Positions 13,026-26,023 of a DNA stretch of 64,000 nt are shown here, piece by piece (within the stretch, counting starts at the first letter, position 1; each line of letters starts with the position of its first letter). The stretch is from Octopus sinensis (lineage: Eukaryota). Where the stretch lies: assembly GCF_006345805.1 (NCBI RefSeq), contig NW_021833070.1, positions 1-64,000 on the forward strand, written 5' to 3'. The notes beneath the pieces are model-generated. The model was not told where the DNA came from and did no database searches. It worked only from the letters and a program-made list of their open reading frames with translations. The position numbers were made by a program, and so were the translations under genes.

Positions 13026-13573
13026 AGCTACACGAAGAAGATAGCCTCTGTGCAGCATATAAGCTACTGAGAAAGACTCAAGAGATTGAGACTCTATTCC
13101 TTAGAGCGTAGGCGAGAAAGATATGCCATAATATACATCTGGAAGATCCTAGAAGGACTTGTCCCAAACTTTGGCATCGAGAGTTACACAAATGCTAGAA
13201 CTGGGCGCCACTGCATAGTGCCAAGGACTCCAAATTTGCCATCAAGATGTAGGACAAGATACTGTGATAGCCTGGGCTTCAGAGGCCCACAGCTCTTCAA
13301 TATCCACCCGAAGAACCTGAGAGACCTGCATGGAGTGGATGCAGATGTCTTTAAAATAAAACTGGATCTCTTCCTGTCAGGTGTCCCAGATGAACCAACT
13401 TCACGGCAGGAGGTGCAGATGAGGGCAGCTGCATCGAACTCTCTCATGCACCAAATGGCAATTGCTAAAAAGCATTCGTGAAGTAAAATCATGTAGCAAC
13501 ACCAAATGGCGGTGCCCCAGCATGGCCACAGCTCATGAGCTGAAACTAGATAAAATAAAATAAATAAAATAAA
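13026..13573 (+). mobile_element. 5'-truncated CR1-group LINE (ORF2 C-terminus, 3'UTR stem-loop, (TAAAA)n tail)
   Basis: SYTKKIASVQHISY*ERLKRLRLYSLERRRERYAIIYIWKILEGLVPN..FKIKLDLFLSGVPDEP; YWERL Trp mutated to TGA. Confidence 0.85.
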
Positions 13574-13873
13574 GCTTAGAGGGAAGAGTAAGGGCAGTAG
13601 ACATAACCCTTTCCTGGGCCTTCAAGATCGATAGGAGGAAGTTATTTTGAGACCGGAGAATATTGGCAACGAAGTGGCTCTGCTCAATATAGCCAAAGGC
13701 CAAGTGTTGGTGCTAAACTGTACCTCGGTCCAAGCAACCGCGCTTGTCTTCTCAGCAAAAACACTCAAATCCAGCTCAAATCATATCCCGACTTCTTCAA
13801 ATAAATAAATAAATAAATGAAATAAAATAAAATAAAATAAGGCCGTAGATCTAAACACGACATGTGCGAATAA

Positions 13874-14200
13874 TGGGTAAAGAGCCCCTTCGGTCATAAA
13901 TGACCATGGGATTGCACTTAGAAAGTTCCCCTCTGAGGGACATGTCCGGGCAAGTTTGTTTATGGAAGACCAACAGTCACCCATGCCACCTCTATCCGCA
14001 CCACCGATGTTATCCAAGGAAAAGGCAAAGATCGATACACAAGCGACGTTGCAACTCATTTCTGCAACTGAATGAACTGAAGCAACGTGAAATAAAGTGT
14101 CTTGCTCAAGAACACAACACGCAGCCCGGTCCGGCAGTCGAATTCACTACCGCATGATTGTAAGCCCGACGCTCTAACAACTGAGCCATGTGCCTCCAAC
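13874..14200 (-). mobile_element. SINE S5, full length with 14-bp TSD
   Basis: TSD ACATGTGCGAATAA at 13860-13873 and 14201-14214; tRNA-like head. Confidence 0.9.
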
Positions 14201-14596
14201 ACATGTGCGAATAAAGAAAAATAATCAGACGATTGTGGTTGAAACCCTCCTTCATCTGACCCCAATCGCGCTGACCTTGGGCTAAACAACCATAACTATG
14301 ATATATATCCATGTTGTATAACTCATTACAAGTCCATGGCTCCAGTCTTTATGGTTCACGTTTGTATCTTTTAATTCCGTTAGAGCTAACTGTCCCGGAC
14401 AATTGCATTTAGTCAAAAACGTCCCAGCTATGACTCTCCTGTGTATTTTCAATATGCACATAACCAAAACGCAAATTAGCTAACGTGTTCTTTATCAAGA
14501 AGGTAGTATAGGATTTTGCTGCTATTTCTTATAGACCGAGCGACCATGTAGAATCTCCAAGTAATATACATTTAGCTATGTTTATGTTTGTATGTG

Positions 14597-14901
14597 TGGA
14601 GGCACATGGCCTAGTGGTTAGAGCAGCGAACTCGCGGTCAAGGGATCGCGGTTTCGAATCTCAGACCGGGGGTTGTGTGTGTTTATGAGCGTAACACCTA
14701 AGCTCCATGTGGCTCCGGCAGAAGGTAATGGCGAACTTCTGCTGACTCTTTCGCCACAGTTTTCTCTCACTCTTTCCTCCTGCATCTTGCAGCTCACTCG
14801 CGACGAACCAGCGTCCCGTCCAGGTGAGGAACCTATACGCCAAGGAAACCGTGAAACCGGCCCTTATGAACCAGGTAGGGCTCGAGAAGGAACAAACAAC
14901 A
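14597..14901 (+). mobile_element. SINE family S4 (tRNA-Arg-like head, possibly octopus OR-type)
   Basis: TGGCCTAGTGGTTAGAGC..ACTCGCGG..GGTTTCGAATCTC head; matches 16740-17049; family name from recall. Confidence 0.85.
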
Positions 14902-15223
14902 ATTTTTGTATGTATGTGTTAGTATGTAAGTATACAGGTATGTACGTGAGTACGGATGCATGTACTATGCACGTACGTCTGCATGTTTGTAGACATTTAT
15001 TGAAGAAGATAAGTACGTATGTACATATATGTATGTAAATACCTATGCAATTAAAAACCGTAGCATAGTTTCATGGGAGTGCCTGACATGACAGTAGCGA
15101 ACGTCAATAAAAATGAAGTAGATTTACATCCTTACTTTTATACTTATTAAGTATCCGGTCATATATCTGCAAGAAGCTGTGGTATAGATTTAATCACATA
15201 TTTATTGCCCACACAAATACAAA

Positions 15224-15800
15224 CACACACATGCACACACATACATACATACATACATACATACATACATACATACATACATACATACATACATACATAC
15301 ATACAAATATACATACATATACACATACACACATACATACATACATACATACATACACATACATACATACATACATACATACATGCATACATACACACAC
15401 ATACACACATACATACATACATATATACATACATACACACATACATACACACACATACATACATACATACATACACACATAGACACATACATAAATACAT
15501 ACATACACACATACATACATACATACATACATACATACACACACATACATACATACATACACACACATACATACATACATGGATACATACATACACACAT
15601 ACATACACACATACATACACACACACATACATACATACACACATACATACACACATACATACACACACATACATACACACATACACACCACACACACACA
15701 TACATACATACATACATACATACACACATACATACACACACACACACATACATACATACATACATACATACATGCATACATACATACATACATACATATG
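15224..15800. repeat. (CATA)n/(CA)n compound microsatellite
   Basis: Direct reading; source of HTYI and MYVC ORFs. Confidence 0.97.
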
Positions 15801-16315
15801 TACGTACGTACGCACATATATACGCAATAGACATTACATAATTTCATCACAGGGGTGCTTAGCACTTTTATACATACTCGAATAAACTCCAGCACTTATA
15901 TACTGACATGTGTATATGTGCATGATTCATTGTATGTGCATGTTTGCTTCTGCATACATATCAACATACATATGTATATCTGTGTGCTTCCATCGAATAT
16001 TACAACGATGACTACACATCCGGTTTATGACCCCCGCCCAACTCCTATACTATACTATTTTGTTTTAAAAACTAAAGGTAAGTCAACAGTTAGATATGAA
16101 AGATGTGCCAACGTTTTGTGCGATGCTAGCTTGTTTACTAACATTTATTTATAATGTTTTAACACATGAAATATATCGCAAGACGAGCAGAAAATTTGAT
16201 CCCCTTCTATTTTTTGTGAAGATTCTATAATATTGGACACATTAATTCCGGATGCAATACAGACTATGGAAGAGGATTAAACTTAAATGAACGTAACTTA
16301 GATAGAAATCTTCAG

Positions 16316-16522
16316 GTGGTGAGCTGACAGAATCGTTACCGCGCAGGAAAAATGCTTAGAGCCATTTCTTGCGAGTCCACAGACTGAGTTCAAATGTCGC
16401 CAGGATAGACCTTACTTTTGATCCTTTCGAGGTCAATAAAATAAGTACCAGTTGTACACTTGGGTCAGTGTAATCGACTTACCTCCTACTCCGAAGTTGC
16501 TAACCTCGTGCCAAAATTTGAG
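16316..16522 (+). mobile_element. Diverged S2-type SINE
   Basis: GGTGGTGAGCTGACAGAATCGTTA..GAGTTCAAAT..GATCCTTTCGAGGTCAATAAAATAAGTACCAG. Confidence 0.7.
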
Positions 16523-16739
16523 ACCAATATACATTGAATCTTTGCTGCAAAGTTGTGGTATGCATCAGATAGAAAACCTGGCAGTATTTTTGATTGTTGG
16601 CGCCCTAAGTTCAAATCCCGTCAACGTTGCCTTTCCTATTTTCAGAGCCCGTAAAAGAAGTATCAGTTCAGATACCTTCATGTAATTTTTCTGGTTCTTT
16701 TCCCTCTGAGTTCAATTCCCAATGTGACCTAGTTAAGTT

Positions 16740-17049
16740 TTGTTTTGTTTGTTTCTTCTCGAGCCATATCTGACTCATAAGGGCTGGTTTCTCGGTTTCC
16801 TTGGCGTATAGGTTCCCCACCTGGACGGGACGCTGGTCCGTCGCAGGTGAGCTGCAAGATGCAGGAGAAAAAGAGTGAGAGAAAGTTGTGGCGAAAGAGT
16901 CAGCAGAAGTTTGCCATTACCTTCTGCCGGAGCCGCGTGGAGGTCAGGTGTTTCGCTCATAAACACACACATCGTCCGGTCTGAGATTCGAAACCGCGAT
17001 CCCTCGACCGCGAGTTCGCTGCTCTAACCACTAGGCCATGTGCCTCCAC
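16740..17049 (-). mobile_element. SINE S4 with 14-bp TSD
   Basis: TSD GACCTAGTTAAGTT at 16726-16739 and 17050-17063. Confidence 0.9.
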
Positions 17050-17653
17050 GACCTAGTTAAGTTAGATATAATTCATTTCCCGGTTTAACACTAGCATCCG
17101 GAATCTTTGGTGCTTTTAGCGAAGTTCGCCCTGTTGCAAGCATTCGGACCAGGTCTCCAGCTTAAAGACACCTCTCTACTTTCTGCCACCAGCCTTGGAA
17201 GCTCATTAAATCATCATCTGAACTCCCCTCTCGTCCTGACTAAAACCATTTTAAATGTTTTAAAAGCAAAAAATGCAACAAAAAAAAAACTTAAAAGAAA
17301 TTGTTTTTATAAAGATAATCACTTCTTAGAAGACTTCGATGTATAAGACTGTGCAATAAAAACCCTCAGTTCCTTTTCGTTGAGAGGACCAATCAATGGG
17401 TTTATAACAGCAAGTCTAATATAATTCCATGGGGAGTGTAAAGTAGCGGAACGGGCAACTGAGATTTTAAAGCCATAACTTGATTCAAAAAACTAGTCAT
17501 ACGGCAAAAGAAATATCACGTTACCGTTGCCTTCATCTTATAATATCCGTTTGTGATGTAAACATTATCAACGAACAACAATATTGTCCCGAGTGTCTAA
17601 TTTTAATCTACTTGAGAAATTTTGGAAGGACTTAACACTAAGTTTGTAAATAA

Positions 17654-17816
17654 GGCGCAGGGGTGGCTGTGTGGTAAGTAGCTTGTTTACCAACCACATG
17701 GTTTCGGGTTCAGTCCCACTGCGTGGCACCTTGGGCAAGTGTCTTCTACTATAGCCTCGGGCCGACCAAAGCCTTGTGAGTGGATTTGGTAGACTGAAAC
17801 TGAAAGAAGCCCGTCG

Positions 17817-17884
<68 letters not shown>

Positions 17885-18090
17885 TGTGTCTGTGTTTGTC
17901 CCCCCAACATCGCTTGACAACCGATTCTGGTGTGTTTACGTCCCCGTAACTTAGCGGTTCGGCAAGAGAGACCGATAGAATAAGTACTGGGCTTACAAAG
18001 AATAAGTCCCGGGGTCGATTTGTTCGACTAAAGGTGGTTCTCCAGCATAGCCACAGTCAAATGACTGAAACAAATAAAAGAATAAAAGAA
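17654..18090 (+). mobile_element. SINE S1, full length
   Basis: Matches the S1 consensus head to tail. Confidence 0.9.
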
Positions 18091-18565
18091 CATTGACTTT
18101 AAAATTCTACACGCCCATACATACATACACAAATATAGACATAAGCATGCACACACAAAAATATATTTAACGTATAAGAAACCTATGTTTGTAAATCACA
18201 GTATTGACCAGGCTATCAGATGAGGTTGTAAAACGCTGGTTACAATGCGCTTCGCATTGTTTTAGCCTTCGAATAAAGCTACCTCACTGGCAAGGCGAGC
18301 TGGTCACCCCCCCCCCCCACTGATTGGAAGACTATTCTGTCGCATGATTTCCCATTTACAGCTGAGCGGACTGGAGCAACGTGAAATGAAGTGTTTTGCT
18401 CAAGAACACAATGTGCAGTCCCTTCTAGGAATCGAACCCACGATCTAGCAATCGTGAGTAACTACACCTTAACCATTAGGCCATGCGCCTTCACATATTT
18501 TCTTTCAATTTTTTTTTTTTTTAATAAATACCTGTGTTTAAATCTAGGTGAACAACAATTCAAAG

Positions 18566-18953
18566 CAGGGGTCTCCAAATTTTTTAGACTACCGACCTCT
18601 TCATGAAACCCTTGACGCCTCATCGACCCCCAAGCATGTACAACAAAATACGTTATTATTATTATTATTATTATTATTACTTTTTTTTCTTCTTTCAAAT
18701 TTGCTTCCATTTCTTGCCGAGTGTCTTCCCGACTCCTAGGGCAAAGAAACTCATAGTATACATTGGTAGGCCATTAAACCAAACTCAATAGTTCGTTCAT
18801 TTTTTTTTTTTTTTTTTTTTTTTAAGTTAAATTAAAATACATGAGCAGTAACAGTTCTCACATCGACAATGCTCTTCTCAATACGTGTGATGTACCAGTT
18901 AAGACAATCTTTTGCACTTCTTGCAGGGATGGTAAGCCAGGGATCTATTATTA

Positions 18954-19006
<53 letters not shown>

Positions 19007-19094
19007 GTAGCTGTGCAGTTTCAGGCATTTATCGACCCCTTGAATAGTCTCATCGATCCCCAGGGGTCGATATCGACCACTTTGGAGACCCCTG
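18566..19094. mobile_element. hAT-like MITE carrying a nested insertion
   Basis: TIRs CAGGGGTCTCCAAA / TTTGGAGACCCCTG; imperfect 8-bp TSD ATTCAAAG / ATTTAAGG. Confidence 0.75.
18679..18946 (-). mobile_element. R4/Dong-like non-LTR element 3' end inside (TAA)n
   Basis: Minus strand IPGLPSLQEVQKIVLTGTSHVLRRALSM* (18944-18858), homologous to the 52426-52818 C-terminus; TTA repeats on both sides. Confidence 0.85.
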
Positions 19095-19929
19095 ATTTAA
19101 GGCAAAATACTTGAAAGCATTAACTAGTTCGAGGACATTTGTTTACTCAGATGATGGTACTCGCAAGATTTAGGTCTCTTGTGAACCCTATGACTCATGG
19201 CGCCAAGCTTTAACACAGTTTCCACGGCATTCTAGTGACTGAGATCACACCGCTTCCACCTGAACAGGACGCTAGTCCATCTCAAGGTTAACTTCAGGAA
19301 TCGAAACCCCATCCATATGATTGTATGCCAAACGACCTAATCAGTTGGCTACGTGCCTTCACACCTGCAAGAGTAGTCGTGTTTTATTCTTCTTAGAATT
19401 CGCCCAAGCCCAAGAAAATAACAGACGGCAGGTTTTATGTGCACCGATAATGTAGGGTCGGATTAGGGTAGCTTGTAGGATGTCTATCAGATGGCTGTTA
19501 TATATACTGTAATATTGTTCGATATATAAAGAATGTGGTAGGCAGAAAAAGAATAGAAGTAAAGTAAGAACTGGATTCGCTGGCTTCTAGGTAGGGAGAA
19601 AGAGGGGAAGAAGAGAGAGAGAGAGATGACCACTGTTTTAAATGAAAAGTATGATTATTGTCGATATATGTATGTGCGTCGATATAGTGAAAGATGAACT
19701 GACAGACAGACAGACAATGTTTTCCCACAAGCTGAGACAACCTGAATCATAATTGAGTTTCACTCTTCCGACTGTTCAAACATCCGAAAACATTTGAAAA
19801 GTGACAATCAACCCCACTCACCTCCTGGTCATCCAGAGATGACAGCTTGGCAATGTAATACGGTATGAGTGGTCACACCATGGTTAGAATTAGAAAAGAT
19901 TTAAAGGAATATTTAAAGAAATCGATTCA

Positions 19930-20605
19930 AACATAACTGTTAGCATTTACTCAACAATAAACATCCATTTAACAGAGACACATTTAACGAACGTGCTTCA
20001 AGTGAGAAGTTAGCATACATAAAGAACCTACGCATAAGTACACACATACCATAGAAGAATCAGAAAGACAAAGGTAACCCTGTTTAATCTTCCGGCTACT
20101 TACATACTACGTCTGATATAGCAAGGAGCCTTCTAGCTCAAGAAATACATGATTTCCCACCAGCACACAGATATAGAAATTCTTCAATAAAATCGTTTCA
20201 TAGATCACACATTCACACAGAACCGACCTCAACAACTCCTGCAGATATCCTCCACCTTCTCTCTCAGAGGATTCTGTTTTCAAATGTTTCTTTAGCACTT
20301 TTGTACGATATCGAAATATATTATTCCGAACTTACACCAACTCTTTCAAAATCCGTTATTACTAGCATTTACACTCACTCAGTTCTTCAATGGGGAAAAA
20401 CAACACATATTTGTTATAATTCCTCTGGGAACTCAGAGAACAAGGACGGGGACGCCCTTCAATAATATACGTTCCAATCAATGATGTCACCCCGTTCTTC
20501 AATGGTTTATGAAACAACAGGCTTTATCTAAGCGAAAACTTCTAGATATTGAACCAACCAAAGACATTACTTATTTAAGGCAACTGAACTCAAACCAAAA
20601 CTACA
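19930..20605 (+). pseudogene. Decayed Neptune-type Penelope-like element 3' part (thumb region plus GIY-YIG)
   Basis: Broken frames give RKTKVTLFNLP..DFPPAHRY and TNSFKIRYY*H..FLWELREQG..PFFNG..LYLSENF*ILNQPKTLL, colinear with the 32007-33179 protein. Confidence 0.65.
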
Positions 20606-20632
20606 GCATCATGCTTGTTAGCGGTATGTTGT

Positions 20633-20861
20633 AAGGCGGCGAGCTGGCAGAATCGTTAGCACGCCGGGCGAAATTCTCAGCAGTATTTCGTCTGTCGCTA
20701 CGTTCTGAGTTCAAATTCTGCCGAGGTCGAGTTTGCCTTTCATCCTTTCGGGGTCGATTAAATAATACACCGTTATAACCTGGCAATATATCGACTTAAT
20801 CCGTTTGTCTGTCCTTGTTTGTCCCTTCTGTTTTAGCCCCTTGTGGTAGTAAAGAAATAGG
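20633..20861 (+). mobile_element. SINE S2
   Basis: AAGGCGGCGAGCTGGCAGAATCGTTAGC head, conserved core, tail AGCCCCTTGTGG..TAAAGAAATAGG. Confidence 0.9.
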
Positions 20862-21267
20862 CATGTTGTAATTTGGGATATAACCGTGCAGTCAACAAAA
20901 GCAAACACACTGATTATATTTCATCTCAGTTTTATTAAAAATCAATTGATCGGCTGCTTAAGCGATTAATCTAACAAAGTCACTTCGTAACAATCTGTTC
21001 CATATAAATGACACGTGACCCTCCAGCATCCCTTTCTCTTCAGTAATTGTATGTTTACTGTTTGTCTCACATGACCTGCAATTTATAATACTCCTAAGAC
21101 CATGTTTGATCCTACCAAAACACAACGCTATCAGTTTCATCTCGAAATTCTATATCAAGGATCTTGCAAAACAAATACATAGATGAAGAATATGTCTGTC
21201 TGTCTGTCTGTATGTATGTATGTATGTATGTATGTATGTATGTATTATGTATGTATGTATATGCTTA

Positions 21268-21650
21268 TGGAAGCACTCCGCCGGTTACGACGACGAGGGT
21301 TCCGGTTGATCCGAATCAACGGAACAGCCTGCTCGTGAAATTATCGTGTAAGTGGCTGAGCACTCCACAGACACGTGTACCCATAACGTAGTTCTCGGGG
21401 ATATTCAGCGTGACACAGAGAGTGACAAGGCCGGCCCTTTGAAATACAGTACAACAGAAACAGGTAGTAAGAGTGAGAGAAAGTTGTGTGAAGAAGTACA
21501 GCAGGGATCACCACCATCCCCATCCGGAGCCTCGTGGAGCTTTTAGGTATTTTCGCTCAATAAACACTCACAACGCCCGGTCTGAGAAGCGAAACCGCGA
21601 TCCTACGACCGCGAGTCCGCTGCCCTAACCACTGGGCCATTGCGCCTCCA
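21268..21650 (-). mobile_element. SINE family S3 (tRNA-Arg-like head shared with S4, different body)
   Basis: Reverse complement of 59270-59658. Confidence 0.9.
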
Positions 21651-21936
21651 CTGCAAAACATACATAGATGAAGAATATGTCTGTCTGTCTGTCTGTCTGT
21701 CTGTAAGTCTGTCTGTCTGTCTGTCTGTCTGTCTGTATGTATGTATGTATGTATATGCTTATACACATACACACAGACATACTCGCGGACAAACAGGCCT
21801 AAACTTCGAAGTCATCGTCACTCCTCTTGTAAAAATTTAATATGTACTCTACAAAGGAGAATTGGGTAATTCCTCAGTTTAACATTAAACTGCTTTTTTT
21901 TTACAACTTGACATAAACAAACACACACACACACAC

Positions 21937-22236
21937 AACTAAATTACTTCAGGGTTAATAACCCCTACTGAGATTATTGTCGTTATGACAGCAAAGCAAT
22001 CCCAATTTCAACCTAGTTAGGTTACATTCACCTTCAGTGCAGTCAGAAGCATGCTTGTGTTCTTTTAGTCACATTGTTTATTTATCTGTAGAAACATGGG
22101 ATTAATTTTCAGATTATGTATATTTAGTAATCGCTTATGTTCCTAATAAAAAATATTTAACAAGCAATAGAGAATAGGAATTAATTATCCATGTATACCA
22201 GTTAAATGCCAGAGTAATTTTAATTGACCATTCTCG
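21937..22236 (+). repeat. Local repeat R copy 1
   Basis: Diverged unit of about 300 bp with core CAACCTAGTTAGGTTA (22009-22024). Confidence 0.75.
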
Positions 22237-22718
22237 TCCATAAGAACATGCTGCCCTCGGTTCATTTTATTATTGCATAAATAGAGTGAAAACAATAAAT
22301 TCCTGGTACCCCCACTTTTCTCTGTCATTCATCATCTCTTGTGTTCCACCCATTGCCTCTAGTGTTCCACCCATTCTCTTATATTCTCCATGGTGTTCTG
22401 CCCTTTTCCATTCCGCTTATCATCTCTGTGCCTTACAATTCTCTCTTTCTCATGTCTTCTCCAGTAAGAATTCAGAATTTAAACATGCTGGTGCTTTGTA
22501 TTTCTTCATACATACACTCACATACACACATCCACAATTTTTGTTGCTATTAACACTTACTGGACCTATAACTAATTTTACGAGACACTCTGCGGTTTAA
22601 TCAGTGCAATTTTACACGCCTTACTCTATTGTACTCATTGTATCCTGTTTATATAGTTAATTGGATTCGTTATACGCCACAGAAGCAATGTTAGTTTGAT
22701 ATAGCGTCATACTTAAAT

Positions 22719-23288
22719 TATTGGGTTGTCCGGAAAGTTCGTGCCGATTTTTAAAGGAAAGAAAAAGGTCAATAAATACTTGCCATTACATTTTTAATCA
22801 ACCAAATATGAACCATTTTGTTGCACAATGCGTCTCCATCTTTCCTTTAACTTGAAAATACCCTCTTCCCAGAATTGAGGGGGTTTCATGGCAAAGAATT
22901 CATCAAGATACCTTTTTACATCATCCAAGGAATTGAAATTTTTACCATTAAGACTATTCTGCAGAGACCTGAATAAGTAGAAATCCGAAGGAGCAGCATC
23001 TGGTGAATATGGAGTGTGAGGTAACGTATTCCAGCCGATTTGAAGCAATTTTTGTCTGGTTCCCAAAGCATCAAGTGCCGAAAATGAATTTTCTTATCTT
23101 CCATTTTAAAGGGTTACAGAATTAACACAGGTTACTGGAACATAAACCTTCTTCCACGAAAAGATAGCTTAAACTGTGCTCTAAATGAAGGTGTAGTCAA
23201 ATCCTATTTTATGGACTCAACCATGTTCTAAAATAAGTCGAAAGGTAAGCTACTATAAATCGGCACGAACTATCCAGACAACCCAATA
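22719..23288 (-). mobile_element. Internally deleted mariner (D,D34D family) derivative
   Basis: TIR TATTGGGTTGTCCGGAAAGTTCGTGCCGATTT and its complement, TA ends; N-terminal MEDKKIHFRHLML fused to C-terminal LPHTPYSPDAAPSDFYLFRSLQN. Confidence 0.93.
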
Positions 23289-23340
23289 GATACATCATTG
23301 AAAACCTAATTAACTTCGACTTTCGTCTGGAGATAGTATG

Positions 23341-23518
23341 TTGGTAGACGGAAACTGAAAGAAGCCCGTCGTATATATGTTTGGCAAAAGAGACCAATAG
23401 AATAAGCACTAAGCTTACAAAGAATAAGTCCTGGGTTCGATTTGTTCAACTAAAGGTGGTGTCCCAGCATGGCCGCAGTCAAATGACTGAAACAAGTAAA
23501 AGAGTAAACGAGCAAGAG
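23341..23518 (+). mobile_element. SINE S1 3' fragment with internal deletion
   Basis: GACGGAAACTGAAAGAAGCCC joined to the S1 tail. Confidence 0.8.
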
Positions 23519-23918
23519 TATATATATATATATATTATCGTTCTTAAAATCGTAGTGTCTATCATGGACATGCTTGTATGCATAATATACAATTGTAGCG
23601 TTTGTGTCTATACGTGTATATGCAGTTATTGGAATGTACAAGTATGAGTCAGTATATTGGTGGAGGCAGTAGTGCATTTGTGGATGTTAGCCTGAGGGTG
23701 GTTTACATACTTTAACTGACATACATACACATTCATAGCACACGCTCACACACTCACTCACACACATATAAACACACACTCACATTACCATTAGCTCCTA
23801 ATGGAGATATAATTATACTTATGGGAGACACTATCTTTTAATTAATAGTTTTGTCATGCTTTGAGAGAAAGAGAGAGATTGGGGGTAAGTGAGAAACTGA
23901 GTTAGTGGGTAAGTTTTA

Positions 23919-24298
23919 CACTAGAATAGATCCAGTGGTTAATAACCTCCAGTGAAATCATTATCGTTATAACAGAAATAACCCAAAATTTGACCTAGTT
24001 TGGTCACATTCTTCATGAGTACAATCAGAAACACACTTGTTCTCTTAGTCACGTCATTTACATATATTTGTAGAAACATGGAATTAATCATCCGATGAAG
24101 TATATTAGAAATTATATATACATAGGCGCAGGAGTGACTGTGTGGTAAGTAGCTTGCTTACCAACCACATAATTCCGGGTTCAGTCCCACTGCGTGGCAC
24201 CTAGGGCAAGTGTCTTCTACTATAGCTTCGGGCCGACCAAAGCCTTGTGAGTGGATTTGGTAGACGGAAACTGAAAGAAGCCCGTCATATATATGTAT

Positions 24299-24342
<44 letters not shown>

Positions 24343-24690
24343 GTATGCGTGTGTGTGTTTGTGTGTCTGTGTTTGTCCCTCTAGCATTGCTTGACAACCG
24401 ATGCTGGTGTGTTTATGTCCCCGTCACTTAGCGGTTCGGCAAAAGATACCGATAGAATAAGTACTGGGCTTACAAAAAAAAAAGAAGAAGTCCCGGGGTC
24501 GAGTTGCTCGATTAAAGGCGGTACTCCAGCATGGCCGCAGTCAAATGACTGAAACAAATAAAAGAGATAAAAGAGATACTGCTAATGAATATTATTTAAC
24601 GCACTAGAGAGAATATGAATTACCGTAGTTACACGTGTATGAGTCGTACTATTTTGTAACTGATTTTAACTGAAAAATCTTTTATCTTTC
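23919..24690 (+). repeat. Local repeat R copy 2, interrupted by S1
   Basis: Core TGACCTAGTTTGGTCA (23991-24006); similarity resumes after 24575. Confidence 0.75.
24125..24575 (+). mobile_element. SINE S1, full length
   Basis: Matches the S1 consensus. Confidence 0.9.
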
Positions 24691-25127
24691 ACCTTTTAAT
24701 CTTGGTTTCTAGCCAAAAGAAGACTTCAGTAACGACTTATACCGGCGAGACTATACAACTTTCACCCTTTCTACTTGTTAACACTTGTTAACACTTCTTC
24801 CATCAGTTCTCCTAGCAGTCACTCACAGATGAACTTAACTACCTACGAAATGAACAATAGAGTTCAACTTATTGAAATTATTGCACAAGGATTTGTGCAA
24901 TAACTCGAAGTTGCATCTTACCTTGTAACGACAAAGTAAAGACCATATCAGCTATTAATAGTTTTCTTTCTCTTGTTTCCTACAAATCGTTACACACACA
25001 CACACCACACACACACACACACACATGCATGTATATGTATAATTATACACATATATTCACTTCAAACTGATAAATGCGAGCAAGTAGAAACCCTTCGAAG
25101 TCACTGTCAATCTTTACTTTGAACTTT

Positions 25128-25557
25128 AGGAGGAGTGGCTTGCTTACGAACCACATGGTTCCGGGTTCAGTCCCACTTCGTGGTAGCTTGGGCAAGTGTC
25201 TTCTACTATAGACTCGGGCCGACCAAAGCCTTGAGAGTGTGTTTGGTAGACGGAAACTGAAAGAATCCCGTCGTATATATGTATATATATGTGTGTGTGT
25301 ATGTTTGTCTGTGTTTGTCCCCTCAACATCGCTTGACAACCGATGGTGGTGTGTTTACGTCCCTGTAACTTAGCGGTTCGGCAAAAGAGACCGAGAGAAT
25401 AAGTAAATATTTTTAATGCACCTCCCGGTCCTGGAATCGAGCTCGCAATCATAAGGTCGTGAGCACAACATCACTAACCACAAAGAGTAAGTCGTGGGGT
25501 CGATTTGCTCGACTAAAGACTGTGCTCCAGCATGGCTACAGTCAAATGACTGAAACA
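25128..25557 (+). mobile_element. SINE S1 interrupted by an inverted tRNA-like head at about 25405-25482
   Basis: S1 resumes at AAAGAGTAAGTCGTGGGGTCG; insert reverse complement GGTTAGTGATGTTGTGCTCACG..GAGCTCGATTCC. Confidence 0.75.
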
Positions 25558-25647
25558 TTGATGTGTGTGGGTGTTTGTGCGTGTGTGCGTGCGTGCGTGC
25601 GTGCGTGTGTGTGTGTGTGTGTCCGTGTCCGTTCGTCAATGTATATT

Positions 25648-26012
25648 GCGTTTGGCCCAGTGGTTAGGGCAGCGGACTCGCGGTTTCGATTCCCAGACCG
25701 GGCGTTGTGAGTGTTTATTGAGCGAAAACACCTAAAAAGCTCCACGAGGCTCCGGCAGGGGATGGTGGTGATCCCTGCTGTACTCTTTCACCACAACTTT
25801 CTCTCACTCTTACTTCCTGTTTCTGTTGTACCTGTATTTCAAAGGGCCGGCCTTGTCACTCTCTGTGTCACGCTGAATATCCCCGAGAACTACGTTAAGA
25901 GTACACGTGTCTGTGGAGTGCTCAGCCACTTACACGTTAATTTCACGAGCAGGCTGTTCCGTTGATTCGGATCAACCGGAACCCTCATCGTCGTAACCGA
26001 CGGAGTGCTTCC
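25648..26012 (+). mobile_element. SINE S3
   Basis: Matches 59270-59658 with a short deletion in the head. Confidence 0.9.
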
Positions 26013-26023
26013 TTCCATTGCGT

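Noticed and set aside
16724-16739. TGACCTAGTTAAGTT as a fifth copy of local repeat R
   Set aside because: Similarity is limited to about 25 bp; it is the S4 target-site duplication
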